The notes beneath the pieces are model-generated. The model was not told the DNA's origin. It made no database searches and saw nothing but the letters and a program-made list of their open reading frames with translations. Both the position numbers and the translations under genes were made by a program. A stretch of DNA of 64,000 bases from Actinomycetota bacterium (GTDB taxonomy: Bacteria > Actinomycetota > Thermoleophilia > Miltoncostaeales > Miltoncostaeaceae). Shown here one piece after another: positions 20,741 to 29,550 of the stretch (the first letter of the stretch is position 1; each line of letters starts with the position of its first letter). The DNA lies in the NCBI GenBank assembly GCA_031372145.1, contig JANMKR010000176.1, positions 1,876 to 65,875 on the forward strand, in the 5' to 3' direction.

Positions 20741-22104
20741 CGCCCGACGACGATTGGGGAACATTCCTTCGGGTCGAGGGCGCCAAGGCCCTCGAATGGG
20801 CCGCCGGATACCTCGACCGGGTCGGTGATCTTCCGGTCCTTGCATCCGCATCGCCCGGCGACATCCGCGCCGCGCTTCCCGCCACGGCACCCGACGAGGC
20901 CGAATCGTTCGACGCGATCCTTGCGGACCTTGACCTGTTGCTGCCCGGCATCACCCACTGGCAGCACCCGCGGTTCTTCGCGTACTTCGCGACGACCGCG
21001 TCGCCGCCCGGCATCGTCGCCGAGTTGATCGCCGCGACGCTCAACCAGGTGGCGTTCATCTGGCGGACCTCCCCCGCAGCCACCGAGTTGGAGTACCTGG
21101 TCGTGGACTGGTTGGCGGATCTGCTGGGATTGCCGCAGGGCTGGCACGGGCACATCGAGGACACCGCGTCCACATCGACGATCGCCGCCCTGGCGGCTGC
21201 GCGTCACGTCACGGGGCGCCGTGTGGTCGTGTGTTCGGAACATGCGCACTCGTCAGTCGACAAGGCAGCGCGACTCTTGGACATGCCGATCCGCAAGGTG
21301 TCAACGGACGCGGCATTCCGCATGCGGGCAGACCTGTGTGGCGAGGCCGTCGCCCTGGGGGACGTCGCTGCGGTCGTCGCAACCGTCGGAACCACGTCGA
21401 CCACCTCGGCCGATCCGGTAGAGACCATCGCGGCAATCACCCATGCCGCCGGAGCCTGGCTTCATGTGGATGCCGCGTATGCCGGGTCGTCGTGGGTCTG
21501 CCCCGAGATGCGCTGGTCGGCAGCGGGGGTCGCGTCGGCCGACTCGCTCGTGGTCAACCCCCACAAGTGGCTCTTCACGCCGATGGACTGCTCGGTCCTG
21601 TGGACCAGCCGACCGGACGCGCTGCGCGACGCGTTCAGCCTGGTGCCGGAGTACCTGCGCACCACTGACGACGCAGACAGCCTGAGCGACTACGGGCCCG
21701 CATTGGGTCGGCGGTTTCGGGCCCTCAAACTGTGGGCGGTGATCCGCGCGTACGGCCGCAACGGCCTGCAGATCCGCATCCGCGAGGCCATCCGCCTGGC
21801 CGCGCTGTTTGAGAGGTGGGTGGGTGATGCGCACGGTTGGGAGTTGTGCGCCCCGCGACCGTTCTCGGCCGTGTGCTTTCGGATGGAGGGCAGCGACGCG
21901 GCCAACGCGCAGTTGCTCGACCGCATCAACGCGACCGGCGAGATCTTCATCTCGCACACGAAACTCGATGGGCGCTACGTTCTGCGCCTGGCGATCGGAC
22001 ACGAGCGGACGCGTGAGCACGACGTCGTCCGCGCCTGGGAGGTCATTCAGCGCGAGGCGGTGTGTGACGGCAGGGCTGACCGGCTGACAGACTCCGCGGG
22101 ATGA
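20737..22104 (+). CDS. Group II PLP-dependent amino-acid decarboxylase (DDC/GAD/DesA-like)
   Basis: 455 aa with the SLVVNPHKWLFTPMDCSVLW PLP-lysine motif, and an N-terminal FLRVEGAKALEWAAGYL region typical of the family. Confidence 0.8.
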   Translation: MTPDDDWGTFLRVEGAKALEWAAGYLDRVGDLPVLASASPGDIRAALPATAPDEAESFDAILADLDLLLPGITHWQHPRFFAYFATTASPPGIVAELIAATLNQVAFIWRTSPAATELEYLVVDWLADLLGLPQGWHGHIEDTASTSTIAALAAARHVTGRRVVVCSEHAHSSVDKAARLLDMPIRKVSTDAAFRMRADLCGEAVALGDVAAVVATVGTTSTTSADPVETIAAITHAAGAWLHVDAAYAGSSWVCPEMRWSAAGVASADSLVVNPHKWLFTPMDCSVLWTSRPDALRDAFSLVPEYLRTTDDADSLSDYGPALGRRFRALKLWAVIRAYGRNGLQIRIREAIRLAALFERWVGDAHGWELCAPRPFSAVCFRMEGSDAANAQLLDRINATGEIFISHTKLDGRYVLRLAIGHERTREHDVVRAWEVIQREAVCDGRADRLTDSAG

Positions 22105-22997
22105 GTGCGAGCCCCACGATCCGGATCATCGGTGTGCCCATGGACTTGGGTCAGTCGCGGCGGGGTGTGGACATGGGACCGTCGGCCATCCGGCATGCGG
22201 GCCTGCACGAGCGGCTGCGCAGCCTCGGGTACGTCACCGAGGATGCCGGCAACGTGGACATCCCCGAACGGGCGACGTTGGCCACCCATCCCGACCGGTC
22301 ATTCCTGTCGGCGGTCGTGGACGGCTGCACGGCGGCCTACGATGCGGGGGCCCAAGCGATCGCCGACGACCGCTTCCCGATCTTCCTCGGCGGCGACCAC
22401 TCGATGGCGGCGGGCACTGTCGGAGGTGTGTCGGCTGCCGGCCCGATCGGTCTGCTCTGGATCGACGCGCACGCGGACGCGAACACCCCCGAGACGTCGC
22501 CGACCGGCAACATCCACGGCATGCCGCTGGCGGCGTTGATGGGCCTTGGCGCACCCGCGCTGGTCAACCTGGGGCGTCCGGGACCCAAGATCCCGTTCGC
22601 GCGGATCGCGTTGATCGGGCTCCGCGACGTGGATCCGGGCGAGCGATTGTTGCTGCGCGATCACGGGGTGGCGGCGTTCACGATGACCGACGTCGACGAA
22701 CGCGGCGCGGGCGACGTCGCCCGGCACGCGTTGACCCACCTGTCCGGGGTCGAGCGGCTTCACGTCAGCCTCGACATGGACGTGGTCGATCCACTCGAGG
22801 CACCGGGCGTCGGAACACCCGTGCCCGGGGGCCTGACCTACCGGGAGGCGCACCTGGTGATGGAGGTCGTGAGCCGGGACGGACGCGTACGGTCGGCCGA
22901 CCTCGTCGAGGTCAACCCCATCCTGGACGAGCACAACCGCACCGCCGAGATGGCCGTCGAACTCATCGCGTCGTTGCTCGGCAAGTCGATTTTGTAG
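22101..22997 (+). CDS. rocF: Arginase (ureohydrolase family)
   Basis: Motifs GGDHSMAAGTVGG, LWIDAHADANTPETSPTGNIHGMPLA and SLDMDVVDP are present. The SxxGNxHGMP signature favours arginase over agmatinase. Its start overlaps the decarboxylase gene as ATGA. Confidence 0.8.
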   Translation: MSASPTIRIIGVPMDLGQSRRGVDMGPSAIRHAGLHERLRSLGYVTEDAGNVDIPERATLATHPDRSFLSAVVDGCTAAYDAGAQAIADDRFPIFLGGDHSMAAGTVGGVSAAGPIGLLWIDAHADANTPETSPTGNIHGMPLAALMGLGAPALVNLGRPGPKIPFARIALIGLRDVDPGERLLLRDHGVAAFTMTDVDERGAGDVARHALTHLSGVERLHVSLDMDVVDPLEAPGVGTPVPGGLTYREAHLVMEVVSRDGRVRSADLVEVNPILDEHNRTAEMAVELIASLLGKSIL

Positions 22998-23054
22998 CCA
23001 CTCGAGTCGGTGCGAACGAGGTCACGGTGCGTCAATCGGCGACGCGGTGGGGGC

Positions 23055-23741
23055 TCAGCTCACCGGTACGTGCAGCCCGCACTCCGTCTTGCCCTGACCG
23101 GACCAGCGCCCCTCGCGACCGTCGCCGGGCATCGTGCAGTACGTGCAACCGATCGAGGCGTAACCCTTGTCGTGGAGTGCGTTGTGCGGCAGCCCGCGCT
23201 CGCGGATGTACGCCCAGCAGCGCTCGTCATCCCAGTCGGCCAGCGGGTTTGCCTTCCACAGGCCGTGCGGCTCGTCCCAGCTCAGCTTGGGTGCGTTGGC
23301 ACGCGTGGGCGACTGATCGCGTCGCACGCCCGTGATCCAGCAGTCGCGGCCCGCCAGCGCCCGTCCCAAGGGCTCCACCTTGCGGATCGCGCAGCAGCGA
23401 TCCGGCGCCGTCTCCCACAGGTTCGGCCCGTGTCCGGCTGCCTGGCGTCCCATCGACGGCCCCTCGAACACCTCGATCGTCTTCGCGTAGCGCTCCTCGA
23501 CCTGTTGCCAGTAGGCATAGGTCTCCGGGAACAACACGTGGGTGTCGAGCGCAAAGACGCGGGCTGAGGGGTCGGCCGTCAACACCATGTCCAGCAGGAC
23601 TGTCTCTTCCTTCTGGAAGGAGCACGCCAGCACGAGCCCGGTCCCGAACCGCTCGACCAGCGCCGCGATCAGTTGGGGAGCCTCAAGCGACTCGACGTCA
23701 CGGTCTCCGAGCGGCGGGGCCTGCGAGGCGGCAGTCGTCAT
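23055..23741 (-). CDS. cysH: APS/PAPS reductase (thioredoxin-dependent, Fe-S type)
   Basis: 228 aa with the C-terminal KTECGLHV motif. The CC...C cluster (RCCAIRKVEPL, GCTYC) suggests the Fe-S adenylylsulfate-reductase type. Confidence 0.9.
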   Translation of the reverse strand: MTTAASQAPPLGDRDVESLEAPQLIAALVERFGTGLVLACSFQKEETVLLDMVLTADPSARVFALDTHVLFPETYAYWQQVEERYAKTIEVFEGPSMGRQAAGHGPNLWETAPDRCCAIRKVEPLGRALAGRDCWITGVRRDQSPTRANAPKLSWDEPHGLWKANPLADWDDERCWAYIRERGLPHNALHDKGYASIGCTYCTMPGDGREGRWSGQGKTECGLHVPVS

Positions 23742-23796
23742 ACCCCAGACGGTATCAGGAGGTCGCGATCCCGGCCGGGCGCCCTGACAGGCCCGG

Positions 23797-23937
23797 CGAG
23801 TGCCCTGTCATGGAAGTCTCTTTGCGGTTTGGCGGCTGCAAAGCTCCGCCGGATTCGATCCGCCGGCAGCAGGAACCATCGCCCCTGGGGCTTTTCACTC
23901 GCCAAACCATCAAAGAACTTCTGCGACAGGGCACTAG
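23797..23937. repeat. Palindromic MITE/REP-like element, copy A (compact form)
   Basis: Imperfect terminal inverted repeats of about 36 nt: AGTGCCCTGTCATGGAAGTCTCTTTGCGGTTTGGCG and CGCCAAACCATCAAAGAACTTCTGCGACAGGGCACT. Its reverse complement matches 48690-48892 almost base for base, apart from a 63-nt insertion in the latter. It lies in the cysH/aldehyde dehydrogenase divergent spacer. Confidence 0.8.
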
Positions 23938-23969
23938 ACTCGCACCACAGGCAAAGGAGTGTGGAACCC

Positions 23970-25556
23970 ATGGGCCCGGTACGTTCGAAGCCCGCCCCCT
24001 CGGTGCGGCGCGTCACGTCGATCATCAACGGCAAGCCGACCCGGCAGCACACTGCCCGCGTCGAGCAGTCGACGAACCCCGCCAACCTGTCTGATGTCGT
24101 TGCCGAGGTCGCGCTGATGCGCCCGGCGGGAGTCGTCGCCGCGTGTCGGGCAGCGCATGCCGCACAGGCGGGCTGGGCCTCCACCCCACCGCCGCGCCGC
24201 GCGCGCGTCATCCAGCAAGCCGGGCGCCTGGTCGAAGCCAACAAGGAATCCCTGGCGCGCCTGCTGACCCGTGAGATCGGCAAGCCCTACGTCGAGTCGC
24301 TCGGCGAGGTCCAAGAGATCATCGACCAATGCGACTTCTTCGTCGGCGAAGGCCGGCGCCTGTACGGCCAGACCGTGCCGAGCGAGATGCAGAACAAGCA
24401 GCTGTTCACCTACCGCATGCCGGTCGGGGTCTCGTTCATCATCACCGCCGGCAACTTCCCGGTGGCCGTCCCGGCCTGGTACATCGTGCCCGCGTTGGTC
24501 TGCGGCAACACGATCGTCTGGAAGCCCGCGGAGTACACGCCTGCCCTGGCCGACGCGCTCGCGTCGCTCTTCTTGAACGCCGGCCTGCCCAAAGGCGTCT
24601 TGCAGGTGGTCCACGCCGACGGACCGTCGACATCGGCCGGCCTTGAGATGGCCCTCGCCGAGGGGCTGGTCGGCAAGGTGGGCTTCACCGGCTCGACCGC
24701 CGTCGGCCAGAGCATCGGTGAGCTCTGCGGGCGTCACCTGCAGAACCCGTGTCTGGAACTCGGCGGCAAGAACCCGTTGGTGGTCATGCCCGACGCCAAC
24801 CTGGACCTTGCCGTCGAGGGCGCGATCTTCTCGGGCTTCGCCTTCGGCGGTCAGCGCTGCACGTCGCTGGGAACGGTGTTTTGCCACGCCAAGGTCCACA
24901 AGGAGTTCGTCAAGCGGTTCTCCGCCGCCCTCGCGAGCGCGAAGCTCGGTGACCCCACCAAGAACGTGCTGTTCGGTCCGCTGATGCACGAGCGGTTCCA
25001 CGCACGATTCTTGGAGTACCTCGAAATGATCCAGCCGCACCACTCGGTCTCGGGATCGGGCGGCGTCGGAGCAATCACGCGCACCAACCCACGAGCGGGT
25101 TTCGTCGGTAACCCCGCCAAGGGCCTGTTCGTGCACCCGACGATCGTGGACGGCATCCGCCCCGACGACGATCTGTACTTCACCGAGACCTTCGGCCCCC
25201 TCGTCGGTGTCGGCAGGTTCTCGACGATGGACGAGGCGATCGCGCTGGCCAACGGACACGGCTACGGCCTGTCGTCGGCGATCTACACCAACACACCCCG
25301 GTGGGCGTTCCAGTTCCGCGCCGGGATCTCGGCCGGGATGCTCTCGGTCAACAACTCGACCGCCGGCGCCGAGTCACACCTGCCGTTCGGAGGCAACGGC
25401 AAGTCCGGCAACGGCGGCCGCCAATCCGGGATATGGGTCTTGGATCAGTTCACCCGTTGGCAGTCGATGAACTGGGACTACGCCGGACACCTGCAGCGCG
25501 CTCAGATCGACGTCGAAGACGTGCCTGCCAACCTCGGGTTCAGGCTGACGCACTGA
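23970..25556 (+). CDS. NAD(P)-dependent aldehyde dehydrogenase
   Basis: Starts at ATG 23970 with AAAGGAG upstream. ALDH motifs FTGSTAVGQ, ELGGKNP, GQRCTS and the FGG...SGNG C-terminal region are present. The ORF-track extension 23673-23969 runs through repeat copy A and is discarded. Confidence 0.85.
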   Translation: MGPVRSKPAPSVRRVTSIINGKPTRQHTARVEQSTNPANLSDVVAEVALMRPAGVVAACRAAHAAQAGWASTPPPRRARVIQQAGRLVEANKESLARLLTREIGKPYVESLGEVQEIIDQCDFFVGEGRRLYGQTVPSEMQNKQLFTYRMPVGVSFIITAGNFPVAVPAWYIVPALVCGNTIVWKPAEYTPALADALASLFLNAGLPKGVLQVVHADGPSTSAGLEMALAEGLVGKVGFTGSTAVGQSIGELCGRHLQNPCLELGGKNPLVVMPDANLDLAVEGAIFSGFAFGGQRCTSLGTVFCHAKVHKEFVKRFSAALASAKLGDPTKNVLFGPLMHERFHARFLEYLEMIQPHHSVSGSGGVGAITRTNPRAGFVGNPAKGLFVHPTIVDGIRPDDDLYFTETFGPLVGVGRFSTMDEAIALANGHGYGLSSAIYTNTPRWAFQFRAGISAGMLSVNNSTAGAESHLPFGGNGKSGNGGRQSGIWVLDQFTRWQSMNWDYAGHLQRAQIDVEDVPANLGFRLTH

Positions 25557-25617
25557 CCAATCGGCCGCTTCCCCCCGCAATGGGGGATATCCGCGACCGG
25601 GAGTACCCTTCCGCGCA

Positions 25618-28143
25618 ATGAGAGACGCGACCAACGACGACCAGGTGACATCGCGCGAATCGGATGCCCTACGGAGCGCGACGTTCGCCGAGAAGCAGGT
25701 GCCGTCCGCACCCGAACCAGGGCAGGACCAGCCGTTCCACCAGCCGATGTACGGTGAGGAGACTCGGGCATTGTCCGCGCAGTGGCGTGTCTTCGCGCGG
25801 TTCGCAACCGGCGTCGCCGTCCTCACGGCGCCGGTCTTCTTTCTCGTGTTGTACCGCGCCCTCGGCTGGAGTGCGGTTGCGGCCGGACTCGTCGCCGCAC
25901 TCGCGGTCTTCGCGTTCCGCGGGCTCATGGACATGGTCTCGCGGTGGCTGATCCCCTATCCGAGCCTGTTCGGCGACGACGACCGCCTTCGCGAATCGGA
26001 CATCGTCTCCCGGCGCCGCGCCTGGTTCTGGAGATCGTGGTTTCGTCGCATCTGGATCCTCGGCGTCCTGTATCTGGTCCTCGCCCTCATCACCTTCGTG
26101 GTGCATGCGGCAAATGGCGACACCGGCATCACCAGTGCACTCGCAGCACCCGGCTCCTGGATTGGCGACCAGATTGCACGCCCGGAGAACCGCACCAACC
26201 TCGTCATCACCGCGTTGACGCTGCCGCTGATCCTCGTGTTCAACGTCATCATCCTGCTCGGCCCGTTGCTCTATGCCGGTATCAAGCAGATCAACGCGTT
26301 CGAACCCGGCGACGCCGATTGGGGTGTCCGGATGGCCGATGTGCGAGGACAGGCCGAACCCAAGGAGGAGATCCGCCGAATCGTTGGTCTGTGGCAGGCG
26401 GGTGATGAATTTGAGCGCGCCGGCGGAAAGCGTGAGCGCGGCGTGTTGTTCCTGGGTCCTCCCGGAACCGGCAAGACCATGCTGGCCAAGGCGATCGCCT
26501 CGGGCTTCAACTGTCCCTTCGTCTCGGTGCCGGGTTCGGCGTTCGCGCAAACGTTCATCGGGGTTGACGTCATCCTCGTCATGTGGCTGTCGTGGCGCGC
26601 GCGGCGCCTTGCGCGCAAGTGGGGCGGCCAATGCATCGTGTTCATCGACGAGATCGACGCGGTGGGAATGCGCCGGGCCAGCCTCGGTGGGGCGTACGCC
26701 ACCCCCGCCGGTCAACCGTCGCTCCACGACCTCTGTTTCTTCGGGCCGTACGGGTCCATCAACCCCAGCGGCGACCTCGTCGTCGAAACCGAAGAGTGGC
26801 GAAAGCGGATGTTCGCGGCCCGTGCTCCTGGGCTGCAGCCCCTGTACTCCGCGCCCGTGCAGCGCCTTGCCGACGCGATCCGCAACACGGTGTTTCCCGG
26901 TGTCGGCGGGACGATGGGACAAGGCGGCCTGCAGCAGCTGCTCGTTTCGATGGACGGCGTGAGCACACCCAGCCTGACCCGTCGACTCCTCGTCAATCGC
27001 CTCAACACGTGGTTGGACGCGACGTATGTGATTCCGCCCCGAATCAGGAACATCCGCCTGCGACTTCCCGCGGCGCGTCCTCGCCGTGAGCAGCTGTACT
27101 TCATCGGCGCATGCAACGCACCATTGGAGTCCCTCGATCCGGCACTCACCCGCCCCGGACGCATGGGCCGCCACGTGGAGTTCCGGACGCCGAACCGTCA
27201 CGACCGCAGCGACATCTTCGACCTGTACCTCGGCAAGGTGGCGCACGACCCGGAACTGGACTCTGAGGGCCGCCGTGACGAGCTGGCGCGCATCACCATG
27301 GGCCACTCCCCCGCCATGATCGAACAGGTCTGCTCCCTCGCGTTGACCAACGCACATCACAAGGGCCGGCAGGCGTTCGAATGGCGCGACCTGGTCGAGG
27401 CCATCACGGTCGTCGAAGCAGGTATCGAGTCGGGCTTCAAGTACGGCGACGACGAGGCCCGGGCGATCGCCATCCACGAGGCCGGACACGCGGTCACCGG
27501 CCACCTGTACATGAAGGGCCACACCTCGACACGCCTGACGATCAAACCTCGGGGCGACTCGGGCGGACACCACATGATGCAGCGGATCGACGAGCGGATG
27601 TTCAAGTGGCGCCACGAACGGTTCGCAGATCTGGTGTGGAGCCTTGGAGCCATCGCTGCCGAGCGCGTCTTCTACAACGAGAACGGCAACGGCGTCGCCG
27701 GTGACATCTCGGGAGCCACGGCATCGGCCGCGATGATGGTCGGTGTCAACGGCATGCCGCCAGAGATCCCGGACCTCCGCGACCGGTTTGCGACCGAGGC
27801 CGAGGCGCAGGTCGCCGAGCGCAGGCTCATGCGCCGATTCGAGCGTATCGGCAACCAGATCATGAATCGTGCCTCGATGGGCAGCGCGCTCCATGGCGAC
27901 CCGGTCGCGGCCGTACTGAGTGACCCGACCAAACGCACCATGGTCGCCGAACTTCTGGGGCAGGCGTATCTGACCGCCTACTGGTTCGTTCGACACAACC
28001 GCGAGGCCACCGAACGCGTCGCTGATGCGCTCCAGGAGCGCCGCGAGATCTTCGGCGACGATGTCCTGAGCCTGCTGGACAGCGTGCATTTGGCAATCCC
28101 GCAGATCGACCCACTTGATGAGGCAAATTGGCCGAGGATCTGA
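25618..28143 (+). CDS. Divergent FtsH-like AAA+ ATPase / M41 zinc metalloprotease with a 4-TM N-terminus
   Basis: Walker A is GVLFLGPPGTGKTMLAKA and Walker B is IVFIDEIDAVG. The second region of homology is LDPALTRPGRMGRHVEF and the zinc site is AIHEAGHAV. There are four predicted TM helices in the first 230 aa. An insertion of about 130-150 aa lies between Walker B and the sensor-1 region. Confidence 0.7.
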   Translation: MRDATNDDQVTSRESDALRSATFAEKQVPSAPEPGQDQPFHQPMYGEETRALSAQWRVFARFATGVAVLTAPVFFLVLYRALGWSAVAAGLVAALAVFAFRGLMDMVSRWLIPYPSLFGDDDRLRESDIVSRRRAWFWRSWFRRIWILGVLYLVLALITFVVHAANGDTGITSALAAPGSWIGDQIARPENRTNLVITALTLPLILVFNVIILLGPLLYAGIKQINAFEPGDADWGVRMADVRGQAEPKEEIRRIVGLWQAGDEFERAGGKRERGVLFLGPPGTGKTMLAKAIASGFNCPFVSVPGSAFAQTFIGVDVILVMWLSWRARRLARKWGGQCIVFIDEIDAVGMRRASLGGAYATPAGQPSLHDLCFFGPYGSINPSGDLVVETEEWRKRMFAARAPGLQPLYSAPVQRLADAIRNTVFPGVGGTMGQGGLQQLLVSMDGVSTPSLTRRLLVNRLNTWLDATYVIPPRIRNIRLRLPAARPRREQLYFIGACNAPLESLDPALTRPGRMGRHVEFRTPNRHDRSDIFDLYLGKVAHDPELDSEGRRDELARITMGHSPAMIEQVCSLALTNAHHKGRQAFEWRDLVEAITVVEAGIESGFKYGDDEARAIAIHEAGHAVTGHLYMKGHTSTRLTIKPRGDSGGHHMMQRIDERMFKWRHERFADLVWSLGAIAAERVFYNENGNGVAGDISGATASAAMMVGVNGMPPEIPDLRDRFATEAEAQVAERRLMRRFERIGNQIMNRASMGSALHGDPVAAVLSDPTKRTMVAELLGQAYLTAYWFVRHNREATERVADALQERREIFGDDVLSLLDSVHLAIPQIDPLDEANWPRI

Positions 28144-28976
28144 TCGAGCACGTCGACGACGTGGTGTCTGACGACGCCGACGCCGCGGCGCGCGGTGGCT
28201 CTGACGGTCCACACACGTCGCAGCCGAAGCGCCCCTGGGCGTACCAGCGTCGCTTCGTCGCAGCGTTTGCGGTGCTGGCGCTCGTCATCGTCGCGGCGGC
28301 GGGCCTGACGTGGCTGCTCATCGCCCAGACCGACCGTCCGGCGGCGTTCTCGTCGTTCGTGACCAAGGAGAGCGATCCCGTCAAACGCGCCGAGGAGATC
28401 GGCACCTACGTCTCGGGCCGCTACCTGGCGGCTCCCGGCCAGACGCCGATCGTTCGCGTCGATGGCGGCGAGGACGACAAGGCCGCGCTTCCCGCCGCGC
28501 CGCAGGCGTTGGCCGTCGGAACGAACCCCCCTGGACTCGTCTCGTACGAGTACGGCGACATCCTGTTCTTCCGGATGTGCGCGACCGGACCCGACTGCGA
28601 CCTCGGACCTGACCAGAGTCGGGATGTCCTCGCGCCGATCCTCGCGCGGCAGGCCCACGAGCTGGCGCTCTATGGCCTCAAGTACGTCTCCGAGGCCGCG
28701 TTCGTCATCATCATCCTGCCACCGGGCTTCGTCAGCGGACCAGACCCCAAGGCCCTCCCCCGCGCAGTCCACTTCTACCGACGCTCCGATCTCGAGGATG
28801 AACTCGATCAGCCGATCGCCACGACCCTTCCGGGCACCCCCCCGACACCGGCGACGCTGACCCCGGCCCAGGTCGCAACCTTCGAAGCCCAGGGAGCCAG
28901 GACCCGCTATACCCTCACGTCCGGGGTGGACAGCGCGAACACGCTGAACGTCTACACGCTGACGCCCTTGTTCTAG
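28128..28976 (+). CDS. Hypothetical membrane-anchored protein coupled to the FtsH-like gene
   Basis: The TTG start overlaps the FtsH-like stop by 16 nt. It has an acidic N-terminus, one TM helix (FVAAFAVLALVIVAAAGLTWLLIA) and an extracytoplasmic domain of about 200 aa with no motif I recognise. Confidence 0.4.
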   Translation: MAEDLIEHVDDVVSDDADAAARGGSDGPHTSQPKRPWAYQRRFVAAFAVLALVIVAAAGLTWLLIAQTDRPAAFSSFVTKESDPVKRAEEIGTYVSGRYLAAPGQTPIVRVDGGEDDKAALPAAPQALAVGTNPPGLVSYEYGDILFFRMCATGPDCDLGPDQSRDVLAPILARQAHELALYGLKYVSEAAFVIIILPPGFVSGPDPKALPRAVHFYRRSDLEDELDQPIATTLPGTPPTPATLTPAQVATFEAQGARTRYTLTSGVDSANTLNVYTLTPLF

Positions 28977-29000
28977 CCGAGCCTTGGCGGCCGGCCGGCG

Positions 29001-29519
29001 CTACTCGCCGCCCGCTGCCTCCGGCCCGGCACCGCGCGCGAGTTTGCGGGCGACGTAATCCTCCACGAGCAGCAGGTTGGCCTCGCCGGCGCGACGCACC
29101 ACCTGCTGCAACTGCGTCATGGTGGCGACCTCCTCGACCTGCTCGGTCACGAACCAGTGCAGGAAGGTCTCGGTCGCATAATCGTTGTGATCGCGCGCCA
29201 AACCCACCAGGCCATCGATATAGCGCGTCACGCCGATCTCCCAATCCACTGCGGCAGACACGGCATCGTCGGCGCTCGTGAAGTTTGCCCGCGGCGCCTC
29301 GACTCCCGGTACGGCAAGCGTTGCACCGGAATCCTGGATGTAGCGCCAGAACTTCATCGCGTGCATGTGCTCCTCTGCGGCCTGTGTCGCAAAGAACCCT
29401 GCCAGCTCCGGCAGTCCCTCCTTGTCGAACCAGCCCGACAGCGACAGATACTGAAAATGAGCGCCGAACTCCCTGCCCATGTGCACGTTGAGCGCGTCAG
29501 CGACGTCCTGAGTGATCAT
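29001..29519 (-). CDS. ftn: Ferritin (non-haem, Ftn-like)
   Basis: Starts at ATG 29519 with GGGAG 5 nt upstream. MITQDVADALNVHMGREFGAHFQYLSLSGWF...AEEHMHAMKFWRYI carries the ferroxidase-centre residues. Confidence 0.85.
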   Translation of the reverse strand: MITQDVADALNVHMGREFGAHFQYLSLSGWFDKEGLPELAGFFATQAAEEHMHAMKFWRYIQDSGATLAVPGVEAPRANFTSADDAVSAAVDWEIGVTRYIDGLVGLARDHNDYATETFLHWFVTEQVEEVATMTQLQQVVRRAGEANLLLVEDYVARKLARGAGPEAAGGE

Positions 29520-29550
29520 TTGTGCTCCCATCGGGGGTCGGTCTCGTACG

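Noticed and set aside
23673-23969. The shared peptide ...GLAAAKLRRIRSAGSR... in the N-terminal extension of ORF 23673..25556 and in ORF 48690..49121, which could suggest a conserved small protein.
   Set aside because: The similarity comes from the nucleotide-level palindromic repeat, with the two copies in opposite orientation. The frames are not otherwise coding-like, and real starts with RBS lie outside the repeat.
25669-28212. Very long antisense or out-of-frame ORFs. Examples are 25669..28212 minus (847 aa), 9377..11548 minus (723 aa), 16640..18652 plus (670 aa), 35525..37108 plus, 46660..48363 plus, 3678..5234 minus and 43212..43991 plus.
   Set aside because: All are Arg/Gly/Pro/Asp-rich with no recognisable motifs. 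Each lies opposite or out of frame with a gene that has clear family signatures. Stop-poor shadow frames of this kind are expected in very GC-rich DNA.
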